This document shows positions 45,770 to 55,385 of a stretch of DNA of 59,994 nucleotides, one piece after another. Made by a program: the position numbers and the translations under genes. The DNA comes from a virus (lineage: Duplodnaviria; Caudoviricetes). The stretch lies in IMG/VR virus record IMGVR_UViG_3300037459_000208, positions 1-59,994 of that record; one strand, given 5' to 3'. Under the pieces are notes generated by a model. The model saw only the letters and a program-made list of their open reading frames with translations, was not told the origin of the DNA and did not search any database. The first letter of the stretch is position 1, and each line of letters opens with the position of its first letter.

Positions 45770-47473
45770 TCACATGTCTTCGATGAAATTGTGAAGTCGG
45801 GTCGGTTCCGGCTCCTTCGCGGCGGTTCCCCCGGTTGCTCCGACGAACCACTCGCCGCCTGATACCTTGAACGCGTTGAAAAGAACGGCCATCGCGTCCG
45901 CCAGGTCGTCCTGACCCCCGGGCTCACCGGTGAACAAGTGAAGCCGATCGGCCGCCATTTTGTTCCAGGCGCCGGAAAGGAACAGAACCCCCCCAAATCC
46001 GTCACCGTCTGGATCCGGGCAGGCGCACACACCTTGTGTCGTGAACATGTTAACTGATTCGGACGGTACCATAAGTTTTCCGCATCGACGGCACTTCGCG
46101 GCGGCTTTCTGTGCGTGCTGGAGGGAGCGTGAGCGCTTTGGCTCCCTCTGGGATGCGAGATGAACAGTTATTCCGAGTCGTTCGAGATCCCCCTTCAGGC
46201 GTTCGCTGAACGCCTTCCCTACGGCTGGCTCATTGGGCAAAACCTGCTCCACACCCTTCCCGTCCCCGGTTGCGGTGTCAATCACCAGCTGCGCAAGGGC
46301 GGCGGCCGGAGGCGAGTACTCGACAGCGGACTCCCATAGCCACCTGTCCCCTACCGCACCACCGAGCGCGGATGCCGTCTTGTCAGACCCTCCCGCGTTG
46401 AAGTCCCACCCTCTGCCGCGACGCGTGGGCGCAGATATTATGCCGTCCTTGACGAGCTTCAGGACGGCATCGTAGGTCGGCAGATCAGCCAGTCCCACTC
46501 CGATAATCTGGTTCCACGCTTCGCAAAAGACGCCTCCGCCGGCGTTCTTCTCTGGCCGCTGGGAGTCGACTGCGTCGTAAAGCCTGGGATTGGTCCTGGC
46601 CCGGTCGTCGATTTGGACCATCACTGAATCTTCCTGGCAAAGCGGCTCTCCTGGGGACCTTGGATCGGGTAGGACTTGGCATTTCTCCGGGAAGGAAAAC
46701 GCCTTGATCGGAGCGTATCCAGGAAGGCAAAGAACGGTCCATTCCTCGAGACCGTAATTCTCCAGCCAGACCTCGATCCTGCCCCATAGATCACCGATTG
46801 CTAACCGTTGATGCATCAAGATTTGGCACGGGTTGCGTCCGGACGCGCTGGCCTGGGCGCGCATCTTCCAATCGTTTTGCCACCACTCCCAAACCGCAGC
46901 TTGAACTAGCGGGGATTGTGCCGACTCGAAGCTCTTAAACGGATCGTCGATCACCCCAAGGTCCCATCCGAAGCCGAGATTTCCGCTCGCGACGGTAACG
47001 GCTCGGAAAGTCCCTCCCTCTCTCGTTTCCCAAAGGTTGACCGCGCTCGAATCTCCTTTTAGTTTAACCCCTGATCGGATGAGCTTGGCCCGGGCGTTTC
47101 TCGAGTGATACCTCAGGAGTGTGTCCTCAGCGCAGCTCAGGTACATCTTCGACCGCGGCTCGTTCCTCATTCTGCACGAAGGAACCCCCTGCGCGACGAT
47201 CCGTGACTTCCAGGACCGCGGCGGAGCCATAATGACAAGATTTTCTACCTCTCCGTCGAGGACGGACTGGCAAGCTTCGATCATCGCCCCGACGTGCCAC
47301 CAGTTAAGATGCGGACCAGGGTCCACTTCCTGAAGGTGCGCGCGCAGAGATACCCCGGTCGCCCCTGTAGGCCGTTCGTCCACCGTTGTCCTTGTTCTGG
47401 CTGCCAGGTAGTCGCGAACCCCAAGTTTTATTGCTGGTATCATCTCTCCTTCGTCGCGCCCCACCAGTCGCAT
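45770..47473 (-). CDS. terL: Terminase large subunit
   Basis: Walker A MAPPRSWKS, Walker B GVIDDP, nuclease RGWDF...DKTA and QDDLADA. Confidence 0.93.
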   Translation of the reverse strand: MRLVGRDEGEMIPAIKLGVRDYLAARTRTTVDERPTGATGVSLRAHLQEVDPGPHLNWWHVGAMIEACQSVLDGEVENLVIMAPPRSWKSRIVAQGVPSCRMRNEPRSKMYLSCAEDTLLRYHSRNARAKLIRSGVKLKGDSSAVNLWETREGGTFRAVTVASGNLGFGWDLGVIDDPFKSFESAQSPLVQAAVWEWWQNDWKMRAQASASGRNPCQILMHQRLAIGDLWGRIEVWLENYGLEEWTVLCLPGYAPIKAFSFPEKCQVLPDPRSPGEPLCQEDSVMVQIDDRARTNPRLYDAVDSQRPEKNAGGGVFCEAWNQIIGVGLADLPTYDAVLKLVKDGIISAPTRRGRGWDFNAGGSDKTASALGGAVGDRWLWESAVEYSPPAAALAQLVIDTATGDGKGVEQVLPNEPAVGKAFSERLKGDLERLGITVHLASQREPKRSRSLQHAQKAAAKCRRCGKLMVPSESVNMFTTQGVCACPDPDGDGFGGVLFLSGAWNKMAADRLHLFTGEPGGQDDLADAMAVLFNAFKVSGGEWFVGATGGTAAKEPEPTRLHNFIEDM

Positions 47474-47489
47474 ACCATGTCCGACGCTA

Positions 47490-48407
47490 TCAGAATCCGG
47501 CGAATCCGGCATCGAGCTTGATAAGGAACAGGACCGCCAGGTCGGCCTGAACCTCATTCTGATTCTGCGCGATCACCTGTATGTCAGCCATCAACGGGAG
47601 CGGGAACGGGTCGGCCGGCAAGGTTATGATGGGCTGGGTGGAGTCCTTGTTCCCCGTGAGCTCTATCAAAGGTCTCCAGCCATAGTTTAGAAGCCACCGG
47701 CGCACCCAGAATTGGCCGGCAAGGTTTCCGCCCATGCCCCCGTCCTGCTTGGAAAATGTTCCAGCTACGGCCAGGACAAACTCCCGCCGGCTGCCCCCGG
47801 TCGTCCAGAACGCCACCTCTGACCGTACTCTTCCCGGAAGGATCCGGGTGATGGTGTTACTGCCGATCGTCACGGTGATGATGCCCTCCGGCGTTCCTCC
47901 CGGCGGATCAGATGCCGGGACGCCGGATTCCCCCGTCTGGAAGATCCTCACCCTCCTCGTCCCGGTTCCCGCCAGCGTCGTGCCGATCGGGAGACCTGTA
48001 AGCGCCACCCCGTCCACCACGGTCCCGAAGACGAAACCATTGACCGGCGTCGTCCCGTTCAGCGGTAGCGTTTGCGTGAGGATGGGGAAGTCCGTGTTCT
48101 CCAACCCAGGCGGGTTTTCGTAGAGGACCTGAAGAAGCACCTCCCGAGCTCCTGACCCCCCCGCGGTGTCGTTCGCCGAGGACGACACGACCGACAACTG
48201 TCCCGCGGCCGTCGGGAACGGGTCGCAATCACCAATCGCGTCACCGAGGAGCCGGTTGTTCGCATTGCTCCCTTTGACTCGGCCGGTGACTGCGAAAAAG
48301 ATTTGGGCGTCGGCCCAGGACACGGAAAGGGCCGCGACGAGCAGCAGCGATGAGACGATTCTGCGTGCAAACTTCCCGCCGTCTTCCCGTTGGTTGCCAA
48401 ATTTCAT
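47490..48407 (-). CDS. Probable virion-associated or exported beta protein
   Basis: Signal-like N-terminus; VVSSSANDTAGGSGAREV...LNGTTPV motif seen in phage structural regions. Confidence 0.7.
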   Translation of the reverse strand: MKFGNQREDGGKFARRIVSSLLLVAALSVSWADAQIFFAVTGRVKGSNANNRLLGDAIGDCDPFPTAAGQLSVVSSSANDTAGGSGAREVLLQVLYENPPGLENTDFPILTQTLPLNGTTPVNGFVFGTVVDGVALTGLPIGTTLAGTGTRRVRIFQTGESGVPASDPPGGTPEGIITVTIGSNTITRILPGRVRSEVAFWTTGGSRREFVLAVAGTFSKQDGGMGGNLAGQFWVRRWLLNYGWRPLIELTGNKDSTQPIITLPADPFPLPLMADIQVIAQNQNEVQADLAVLFLIKLDAGFAGF

Positions 48408-48502
48408 GCCTTGTCTCCGTTCGCTGGGCTATCCGCCGCCAGGCTGATGGTCGTCGTCTTCCTCTTCTTCGTCGTCGTCCGTGCTGTTCCAAGGGTTATT
48501 CA

Positions 48503-49171
48503 TTACCCGTCTCCTTTGTTTACAGGTGGATCAAGTCCAAGGCGGAGCTCAACTAGAGACATCCGTCTCTTGAGAGTGTTTACGTGAACGATGGTGTTGT
48601 CGAGTTGGTAGTCGGTCGTATCGGCAACCGTTTGCATTCTCAAACGGTCTTCCTTCGCAGCTCCCTGCTCGACCTGTAGCGTCACCACTAGCAGGCCTTG
48701 CTCGCTCTGTAAGGCGCCGAGAGTTGCGAGCGCAATTACGATCTCCCGGTTTTCCTTTCGGATTTCGCGGACCTCGACGACGAGCTCGGTGATCGCCTCC
48801 GCGACCGCCGTCCTTTGCTCGGCCATCGCCTTGAGCTCCATCTTGAGCTCGGCGGAGACGGACGCCACTGACGCCTCGACGGTGTCCAGTGTCTTGTCAG
48901 CTCCACCTGCGCCGATCGCCACAGTGATGAGCCAGGCCACGAAGGCGCCGACCAGTCCGGCTACAGCTATCCAGTGGACCGGGAAGGGTGGACTGTGGAC
49001 TGTGGACGGTGGCACCGCCGGCTCGTCCGGAGCCGGGGAAGACGGGCGCGAGGGCGGCACTAGGACCGTCCTTCCTGTCCTGCTTCCGGCGAGCCTCTCT
49101 AGCAGTTCAAGAGTGGCCGCGCCGAGCTTTCGAACCGCTGAATCTTCGTCTTTTGTCCCGTTGCCCATCAT
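48503..49171 (-). CDS. Single-TM coiled-coil membrane protein (lysis-related candidate)
   Basis: WIAVAGLVGAFVAWLITVAIG then long heptads. Confidence 0.7.
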   Translation of the reverse strand: MMGNGTKDEDSAVRKLGAATLELLERLAGSRTGRTVLVPPSRPSSPAPDEPAVPPSTVHSPPFPVHWIAVAGLVGAFVAWLITVAIGAGGADKTLDTVEASVASVSAELKMELKAMAEQRTAVAEAITELVVEVREIRKENREIVIALATLGALQSEQGLLVVTLQVEQGAAKEDRLRMQTVADTTDYQLDNTIVHVNTLKRRMSLVELRLGLDPPVNKGDG

Positions 49172-49521
49172 CTTATCTCGTGTCCATGGTTGAGCGTTTC
49201 GCGATGGCTCGCGTCATCTCACTGAGACCCTGGCCGCCCACTTTCCGCCAGGCGAACTCCTGGCCCGGTTCCTTGCATGGCCGCATCGAAGGGAAGAGAG
49301 GTCTTTCCGCCTGGTCAAGTCCCTCCGGATCGTTCGGTTGGTCTTCCGACGCCAACCAAAAGCGCAGAGCGATCGCCGAGCCGCACGGTTCGGAGACGGT
49401 TTCTCCAGGGTGGAGCAAATTCCCCCGGCGGTGGAAACGACTGTTCCGAACTCGCACCATCCAAACGCCTCTTCGCACCAGTCGCAACACACTGTGCACG
49501 AACTACAGGCTGGCAGGTTGG

Positions 49522-50406
49522 TCATCTTAGCTCCACTATTTCCGCGCTCGCGGTGGCAACGTCGACCGCTATCCGGGGAGACTTAGAAGCCGCGGGAATC
49601 CCACCGAAGTAAGCGGACGACGAGAAGCTTTCAAGATCGTTGGGGTTTGGCCAGAAGAAGGTCTTAAGGCCGCGCGCCGGCCCACCCATCCATGCGTTTA
49701 CCTTCGCAGAGTTTGTCGCCAACAAAAAGGATAACGGGATGTCGTTCTTTCGCAAGGGGAAGCGTGGTGTCCATGATCCCCCTCCGCCGACGCTTCTTGT
49801 CGTCGGGCTCAAAGGCTCGTCCGTCTTGGTATTCGGCGCGAGAACCTTGCCGACACCGATGTCGAGGCTGGCGGAAAGAAAGGCTGCCTCCAGAGCAGAA
49901 TCCGGCCCGTTGCCTGACGTCGTATCGATGGTGATCCTACCGCTACGAATCACCGTCGGGGTGAAGCGGAAAGGGGAATGGTTCAACCGATTGACCAGGC
50001 GTAGCCGTTGGTCCTCCGTCAGGATGTCGGAATCCGGCCTGACGACACAGTCGAGCCCAGCTCCGGAATCAATATCCGCTGGACCGACTCCGACGGGTCC
50101 GTCCCACAGTTCGATCTGCATTCCGTCCGGAGGTTGCAGGTTGTTCCCTCCGATGACCAACGTGTCGATCATCTCATCCTCTCCGAAGTCGAACTCCACG
50201 ATGACGCTTCCGCCTCCGAGATCGGCCGATAACCACGCGGTTGCGTGGTCATCGTCGAGCATGCGGGAGGCTTCCGCGCCAACCTCTTCGGAGTCAGCGG
50301 TAACCGTCAGGCTGCCGTTCCCTTGCGTTCTCGCCAAGAAGTTGGGCGGGATCCCGCACAGAAACGAGGTGGACAGCGGATCGAATGGAACGAGCGATCC
50401 CATCAC
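49522..50406 (-). CDS. Tail protein with discoidin (F5/8 type C)-like domain
   Basis: VTADSE...ASRMLDDDHATAW.S...IVEFDFG...IDTLVIGGNNL. Confidence 0.7.
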   Translation of the reverse strand: MMGSLVPFDPLSTSFLCGIPPNFLARTQGNGSLTVTADSEEVGAEASRMLDDDHATAWLSADLGGGSVIVEFDFGEDEMIDTLVIGGNNLQPPDGMQIELWDGPVGVGPADIDSGAGLDCVVRPDSDILTEDQRLRLVNRLNHSPFRFTPTVIRSGRITIDTTSGNGPDSALEAAFLSASLDIGVGKVLAPNTKTDEPLSPTTRSVGGGGSWTPRFPLRKNDIPLSFLLATNSAKVNAWMGGPARGLKTFFWPNPNDLESFSSSAYFGGIPAASKSPRIAVDVATASAEIVELR

Positions 50407-50858
50407 ACTGTCCGTGGCGGATTCTGTACGCGCTCTTCGACGAGATCCCTCAAGGATTGCGTCCGTGCTTCGGAGCTCAGGATCTCGGCATACAAATCAT
50501 CGTTCTTTATCCTAAACTCCTCCATCACCGCCTTGTCAGCATCCGATGAGCCCGCGCTAGTGAGTATTTGATCGTTTAGGGCAATAATCAGAGCTGTCGA
50601 GACTTCATCGATATCGCCGCGGTCTACAGCATCATCAGGATGCCCCCGCGTCTCTTTCTTGCCGCTGATCCCGTCCTCCCACGAAATTCCTCTGTGATAG
50701 GCGACTCCAGCGAACCTCCGGACCTCTCCTGACGACAAGGTCAGCAACGCGTGGCCTTCGTCATCGCCCCCCCATCTCGCCTTAAAGCTCTCTCCTCTTG
50801 ATGTCAGTTCTACCGTTGCGCCACCTAAAGAACCAAGGGTTATAACTACTCTGCTCAT
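50403..50858 (-). CDS. Hypothetical tail-region protein
   Basis: TAATG coupling. Confidence 0.65.
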   Translation of the reverse strand: MSRVVITLGSLGGATVELTSRGESFKARWGGDDEGHALLTLSSGEVRRFAGVAYHRGISWEDGISGKKETRGHPDDAVDRGDIDEVSTALIIALNDQILTSAGSSDADKAVMEEFRIKNDDLYAEILSSEARTQSLRDLVEERVQNPPRTV

Positions 50859-51436
50859 TACAGACTCCCCGCCGAGTGATCGTGAATGATGTTTTTACGA
50901 GTCGTTCCACCGTCAGTGCTCTTCGCGCAAATGTCCCCACTGTCTCCGAATCCTGTTCCATCGGATAGCCAAAGGATCCCCGCCCCTTCCGCAGGGTCGG
51001 AAGGTTCAGCGGTCTGTTCGGTCAGTCCTTGGCTGCCGCTGACGACGAGGTTCCCCGTGATGTTGACTTCGTCCGCCACATCGGTGGTGCCATCGGGTTC
51101 CACGCCGACCAGGAAAAGATTGTTCTGAGCCGTCCCCCCGACCCTCATCGGGATCAGATCGCCAGTCTCGTTTTTGAATTGGAACTGGCCCACCGCCTGC
51201 GCCCTGAAGATCCACTCTTTGCCGCCCACGGTAGAGGCGTCCAGATTGAGGGCGGCGTTCCCACCCGTGGGAGCGACTACGATGAGTGGGGACTCAAGAA
51301 TATGCGCCAAGGCCTGGGCAAGAGACAGAAGCTCGCCGGGGGGTTGAGATGGTCCGCCGAACGCGCTGTCCTGGACCGGCCACTTGTGCGTGTCGAGGGG
51401 TGTCGCAACGTCTGGGAAGCTGTCGTATTCCGCCAT
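50858..51436 (-). CDS. Short tail fibre-like protein
   Basis: EWIFRA...FQFKNETG..PMRV and EQTAEPSDPAEG..LWLSDG fibre-type modules. Confidence 0.6.
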   Translation of the reverse strand: MAEYDSFPDVATPLDTHKWPVQDSAFGGPSQPPGELLSLAQALAHILESPLIVVAPTGGNAALNLDASTVGGKEWIFRAQAVGQFQFKNETGDLIPMRVGGTAQNNLFLVGVEPDGTTDVADEVNITGNLVVSGSQGLTEQTAEPSDPAEGAGILWLSDGTGFGDSGDICAKSTDGGTTRKNIIHDHSAGSL

Positions 51437-51448
51437 GGTGATGAATTC

Positions 51449-54079
51449 CTAAAGGTTGAGAAACTCTCCGTTCAGTGTGACGGGTTCGCCGTTCAGGGTC
51501 AGGGTTTGCGATTCGGCTAGGCTCATCACCTCAAAAAGCATTGTATCATCAGTCGAGAATTCTATCGACTCGACCACAGAGTCCTGACCGGCTTGCCAGC
51601 CCTTAATGGGGTCAAGACTGAACACGCGAACCGTGTCCCCCGTCACGGTCTCATAGAGCCGCATAGTCACGACGGGGACCTTGGTCCATTCCCGGTCCGC
51701 AAAAATGAGAGATGCCATCTTGTCGATGGCGGCGTCGGCCTCGGCCCTCTCCTGGATAGCCGATGGGATCGGGTCTGCCAAGTCGACAGCTCGCTCGCTC
51801 GCGTTGGCGTTATCCCGGGTTACGGTTTGCCCAGGGGCTTCCCATCTCGCGCGGTTCACCTCGGGAACCGCCGTTACCGCAGCGTCCCTGTCCTGAGGGC
51901 TATCGTTCTTCGCGTACAAGAGGGAAATGCTTCGAAGTTCTCGGCTCATAGAAATGGTTGAAACTCCGGCGTGATCAAATTCATTGATCTCGTCGTCTGG
52001 AACTCCCGGCAGTTGATACCCAAAAATGCGAAAGCTTTCCGTGTCTGGAACCCACTGGAAGCCGTTGGGTATCAAAAGTGTGTTGAGAAACTTCCTGGTG
52101 GATATCGATCCACCAAGCTCAGTGGACAACCCAACCGGGGCAAGGTTCAGAAAGCTCGATTCCTCGGTTACGACTCCGGTAAAGCCAAAGCGGCGCTCGA
52201 GGACGGCCTTGAATAGTCCAAGCTGTGACTCTTCCTCTCCCGTTGTTCCTTGGTAGCCTGAGGCTGTCACGGTTATTCTTCCGAGGTCTGGAATCTCTCC
52301 CCGGTCCAGGACTGCTATCCCTAGTTCCTCGACGATTTCGGCGGCGAACTTTCCAGCGCCTGTGATCGGCGTTCTGATAGTTCCCGGGTTGTTTAGGTTT
52401 GGAGGAGCGGGACCACCTAGACCCTCGACGGTTGTCAATACCTGGTTGTCGTCAGAAATATCCTCTACCGTAAAGATTCCGTTCGGTTCGCCGCCGGCAA
52501 AGATCAGTTCTATCGACTGACCCGGGAGGTCACCGTCGGGTTCCAGAATGTCAACGAAGCTCAATTCGGGCTGTCCGGCGCTGATCGTTATCTCGTCGGT
52601 GGTATTGTCAAAGTCGAAATTACCTTCCTTCACCACGTCCCAGGTCATCGGCGCTTGCTTTGATCTTATTTCGTGAACCTTGAAAAGAACTTCGGTGATT
52701 ATTTTCGAGTCGAACTCCGCTCCGCTGTCGGTCGTGGGCACGTTGTCGGCTCTGCCGTAACTTATCGGGATGGTGCGCCCGACGATGCCGTTGGCGTTCT
52801 CTGTAAGCGGGCCGTCTCCTACTGACACCCGGCGAGATGGGGTGATCTCGGACAGGGCTGCCAGGTCGACGCCTCCGTCTTCGTCCACACTTCCTGCAAA
52901 AGGCGTCGCAAATCTCCATAAATGTTCTGGTCTAATTGCTTCGGTTGCAGCCCAAGAGCGGGCGCGCCTCATGTTGATGGTTGCGAGCGTGAACGCATCG
53001 TTGTGCGTCCTAGCTTCCGCCGTGATAATACCCCACGGTGGACCAGCCGTGATAAAGCTTGGCCCCAGGAAGGGACTTCCTATCGTGAGCCGGGCCGTGC
53101 CGCCGGCGGCCGATACCTTCGCCGCGAGGGTGAACGACCCAACGAGGGATACGTTTCCGGCCGCGCGACCCTCTCCCGCGTAGACGTTGACCGTTTCTCC
53201 GTCCGTCTCAATCACCATGTGGACGGAAAACCACCCGTTGCGAGGCGGAATGAACCCGGTTGCGAACCGCTCCGCCTTGGCTATTAAGGTCAGGTCTCCG
53301 AGCGCCGCCAAGAGCAAACCCCACGAGCATGTCGTGATGGACGTCTGGTCGCCGCTGAGGACTATAATCCCGTCTGAGGTGAATTGTGGCGACGGGATGT
53401 CGTCGGCCACCCCGATCCATGTGAACGTATAGCCAGGGAACCCCGGCGCCGACCCGTCGACGTCGAACGCCGTAGTAGCGCTGGTTTCGAGCCAATTCCC
53501 CTGTTGGTCGTCGCTGCCTCCCGGGGTGAATCCGGTACGACCGATGTCGTACCCCCCGAACTTGTTCAGCTGCAAAGGCTCGTCGAGGTCGAGCTCTTCG
53601 TCCCTGTACGTGACCTCGATGACGTGTCCACCCTGGAGGGCTCGCGTGTCCGTGATGATCCCACGAACCGGGATGTCCCGATCGTCCCAGTCGAAGGCGG
53701 ATCCGTCGATCTGCCCTGGTCCCCATCCGCAGAGGTGGAACTTCTCGTCGAGCTCGACGCTTTTTAGCCTACGGGTCATCGCGGCGTCGGGACGGAACTT
53801 CCACCGATGCTCGCCGGCGCGCGAAGACGTCGTCCCCCAGAAGGAGCGATCGGAGTTCCCCTCCGATCGCGCGATGGCTTCGACCCACTTGACGGGGGAC
53901 CCGTCGACCCACCCGTCCCGGTAATGGATGACGGCGCCGTTGACCACGGCTCGATGGTTGTGGCCCAACATGAGGTGGAACTCGACCAGATCCCCCGTGA
54001 GCGTGTCATGCCCGCCGAGGACGACTACCCACCAGGCGTCGGCGTTGGGGTGGATCCGGAGCTGGGAGAAGATGCTCAC
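51449..54079 (-). CDS. Large tail-tip/hub protein with LamG/ConA-like insertion
   Basis: 876 aa; GWFSVHMV...VNVY...LTIG...EAR; GRTIPISYG...NVP. Confidence 0.7.
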   Translation of the reverse strand: MSIFSQLRIHPNADAWWVVVLGGHDTLTGDLVEFHLMLGHNHRAVVNGAVIHYRDGWVDGSPVKWVEAIARSEGNSDRSFWGTTSSRAGEHRWKFRPDAAMTRRLKSVELDEKFHLCGWGPGQIDGSAFDWDDRDIPVRGIITDTRALQGGHVIEVTYRDEELDLDEPLQLNKFGGYDIGRTGFTPGGSDDQQGNWLETSATTAFDVDGSAPGFPGYTFTWIGVADDIPSPQFTSDGIIVLSGDQTSITTCSWGLLLAALGDLTLIAKAERFATGFIPPRNGWFSVHMVIETDGETVNVYAGEGRAAGNVSLVGSFTLAAKVSAAGGTARLTIGSPFLGPSFITAGPPWGIITAEARTHNDAFTLATINMRRARSWAATEAIRPEHLWRFATPFAGSVDEDGGVDLAALSEITPSRRVSVGDGPLTENANGIVGRTIPISYGRADNVPTTDSGAEFDSKIITEVLFKVHEIRSKQAPMTWDVVKEGNFDFDNTTDEITISAGQPELSFVDILEPDGDLPGQSIELIFAGGEPNGIFTVEDISDDNQVLTTVEGLGGPAPPNLNNPGTIRTPITGAGKFAAEIVEELGIAVLDRGEIPDLGRITVTASGYQGTTGEEESQLGLFKAVLERRFGFTGVVTEESSFLNLAPVGLSTELGGSISTRKFLNTLLIPNGFQWVPDTESFRIFGYQLPGVPDDEINEFDHAGVSTISMSRELRSISLLYAKNDSPQDRDAAVTAVPEVNRARWEAPGQTVTRDNANASERAVDLADPIPSAIQERAEADAAIDKMASLIFADREWTKVPVVTMRLYETVTGDTVRVFSLDPIKGWQAGQDSVVESIEFSTDDTMLFEVMSLAESQTLTLNGEPVTLNGEFLNL

Positions 54080-54273
54080 GGTCTCGACGGCCCCGTCAAT
54101 AGAAGGCGGCGGTTACGTCGTCTCCGCCGGGAGCGCCAAACCGCAACGTCAACCAGCATGACGGATGGGGCCCTGTCCCGGGTCTCACATTGTTCAATTT
54201 CCGCCGCGACCCGGCCTAATGCCGTGAGCAACTGGGCGCCGGTGCGGAGATTGAGATATCGGACCGGGTTCAA
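54076..54273 (-). CDS. Small hypothetical protein
   Basis: AAGGAG RBS; GTGA overlap. Confidence 0.45.
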   Translation of the reverse strand: MNPVRYLNLRTGAQLLTALGRVAAEIEQCETRDRAPSVMLVDVAVWRSRRRRRNRRLLLTGPSRP

Positions 54274-55052
54274 CGCGAGCTCCTTCTACGCCAGGCCGGT
54301 GAAACCGCGTGGCCGGTTCGGTGGGTCGGCAAGGTGGCGTGGTGTGGCGTCGCTGCGTTTCATCCGGTCGTCTCAGGTGACACGGGCGGGAGCGGCGGTC
54401 CAAGTTTCCCGCCGCTCCCTTCCGACGGCCGGCGGGGAGGACGTTCCCGCCGCGCCGAAAGAGACCCTACCACGAAATTTCTCCCGTACGGTCCACGGAG
54501 TGATCCGCGGCTAGGCCCCTAGCCCAGGACGCGCGGTCGTAGCGTGGCAGTGGTGCCGCGCAAGCGGAGCGTCCTACTCCTCGCCTGTCCGCTCACGCGC
54601 TAGACGGCACCACAGCTCCCCGGCGATCCACGGGACGAGGGGTAGCAGCATCCCCGCGAGGGCCACGACGGTCAGGAAGAGGGGATGATCCGTCATCCCG
54701 GCTCGTCTCCATTCCAGGGGCGCGACTGTGACTTCGCCTCGATCCGATCGAAGACCTTCGTCAGGAGGACGGCCAGGCCGACGAAGCACCCGACGCCGAC
54801 GAATCCGGCGATCTCTACCGCCAAAGCTCGGCCGCGATCTCCCGGCTGAATCACCTGCGTCCCTCCCGTGGCGCGGCCTCCGGGTCGAACCCCAACATGC
54901 GCGCGATGAAGACACAAGGGACCGCGATGAGGAAGTACGCCGCGCAAAGACAGAGGATCGCCGCCCGTCTCCAAGCGTTGTGGTTCTCCCATGACCAGGG
55001 GTCGTCGGGCCGTGGCCAGCTATTCGGAGAGCGGCCAGGGCGACGGCCCATC

Positions 55053-55385
55053 TCAGAGTTCAAAGTCGACCCCTTCCGCGGCCTCTAGGCGTTCGCCGAT
55101 CACCCACTCCTCGATGTCGATCTCGGCTTCCTCCAGTTCGCAGCCTGTCTCACTGATTAAATCATCCTCGACTTGGTCGGCCTCTTTTTGGGTAGCCTTG
55201 ACGGCGAACACGTGGCCGCGCGCCGTGACCAGGAAGACCTTGGGCGGTTCGTCCTTCGGCATCTCCGCCAGCATCCGAACGATTTCCCCCGCCACCATTT
55301 GGAGCCCGTAGTAGGACATGCCGGAATCTTTCATCCTTCCCCTGATCCACGTCGCCAGCGTCGCGAGCGCCTCACGGTCGGTCAT
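55053..55385 (-). CDS. Hypothetical protein
   Basis: GGAGG RBS; ATGA coupling to the MTase. Confidence 0.7.
   Translation of the reverse strand: MTDREALATLATWIRGRMKDSGMSYYGLQMVAGEIVRMLAEMPKDEPPKVFLVTARGHVFAVKATQKEADQVEDDLISETGCELEEAEIDIEEWVIGERLEAAEGVDFEL

Noticed and set aside
47203-47232. TerL Walker A PPRSWKS as an inactivating change
   Set aside because: This position varies in PPR-x-x-KS terminases and the other motifs are intact.
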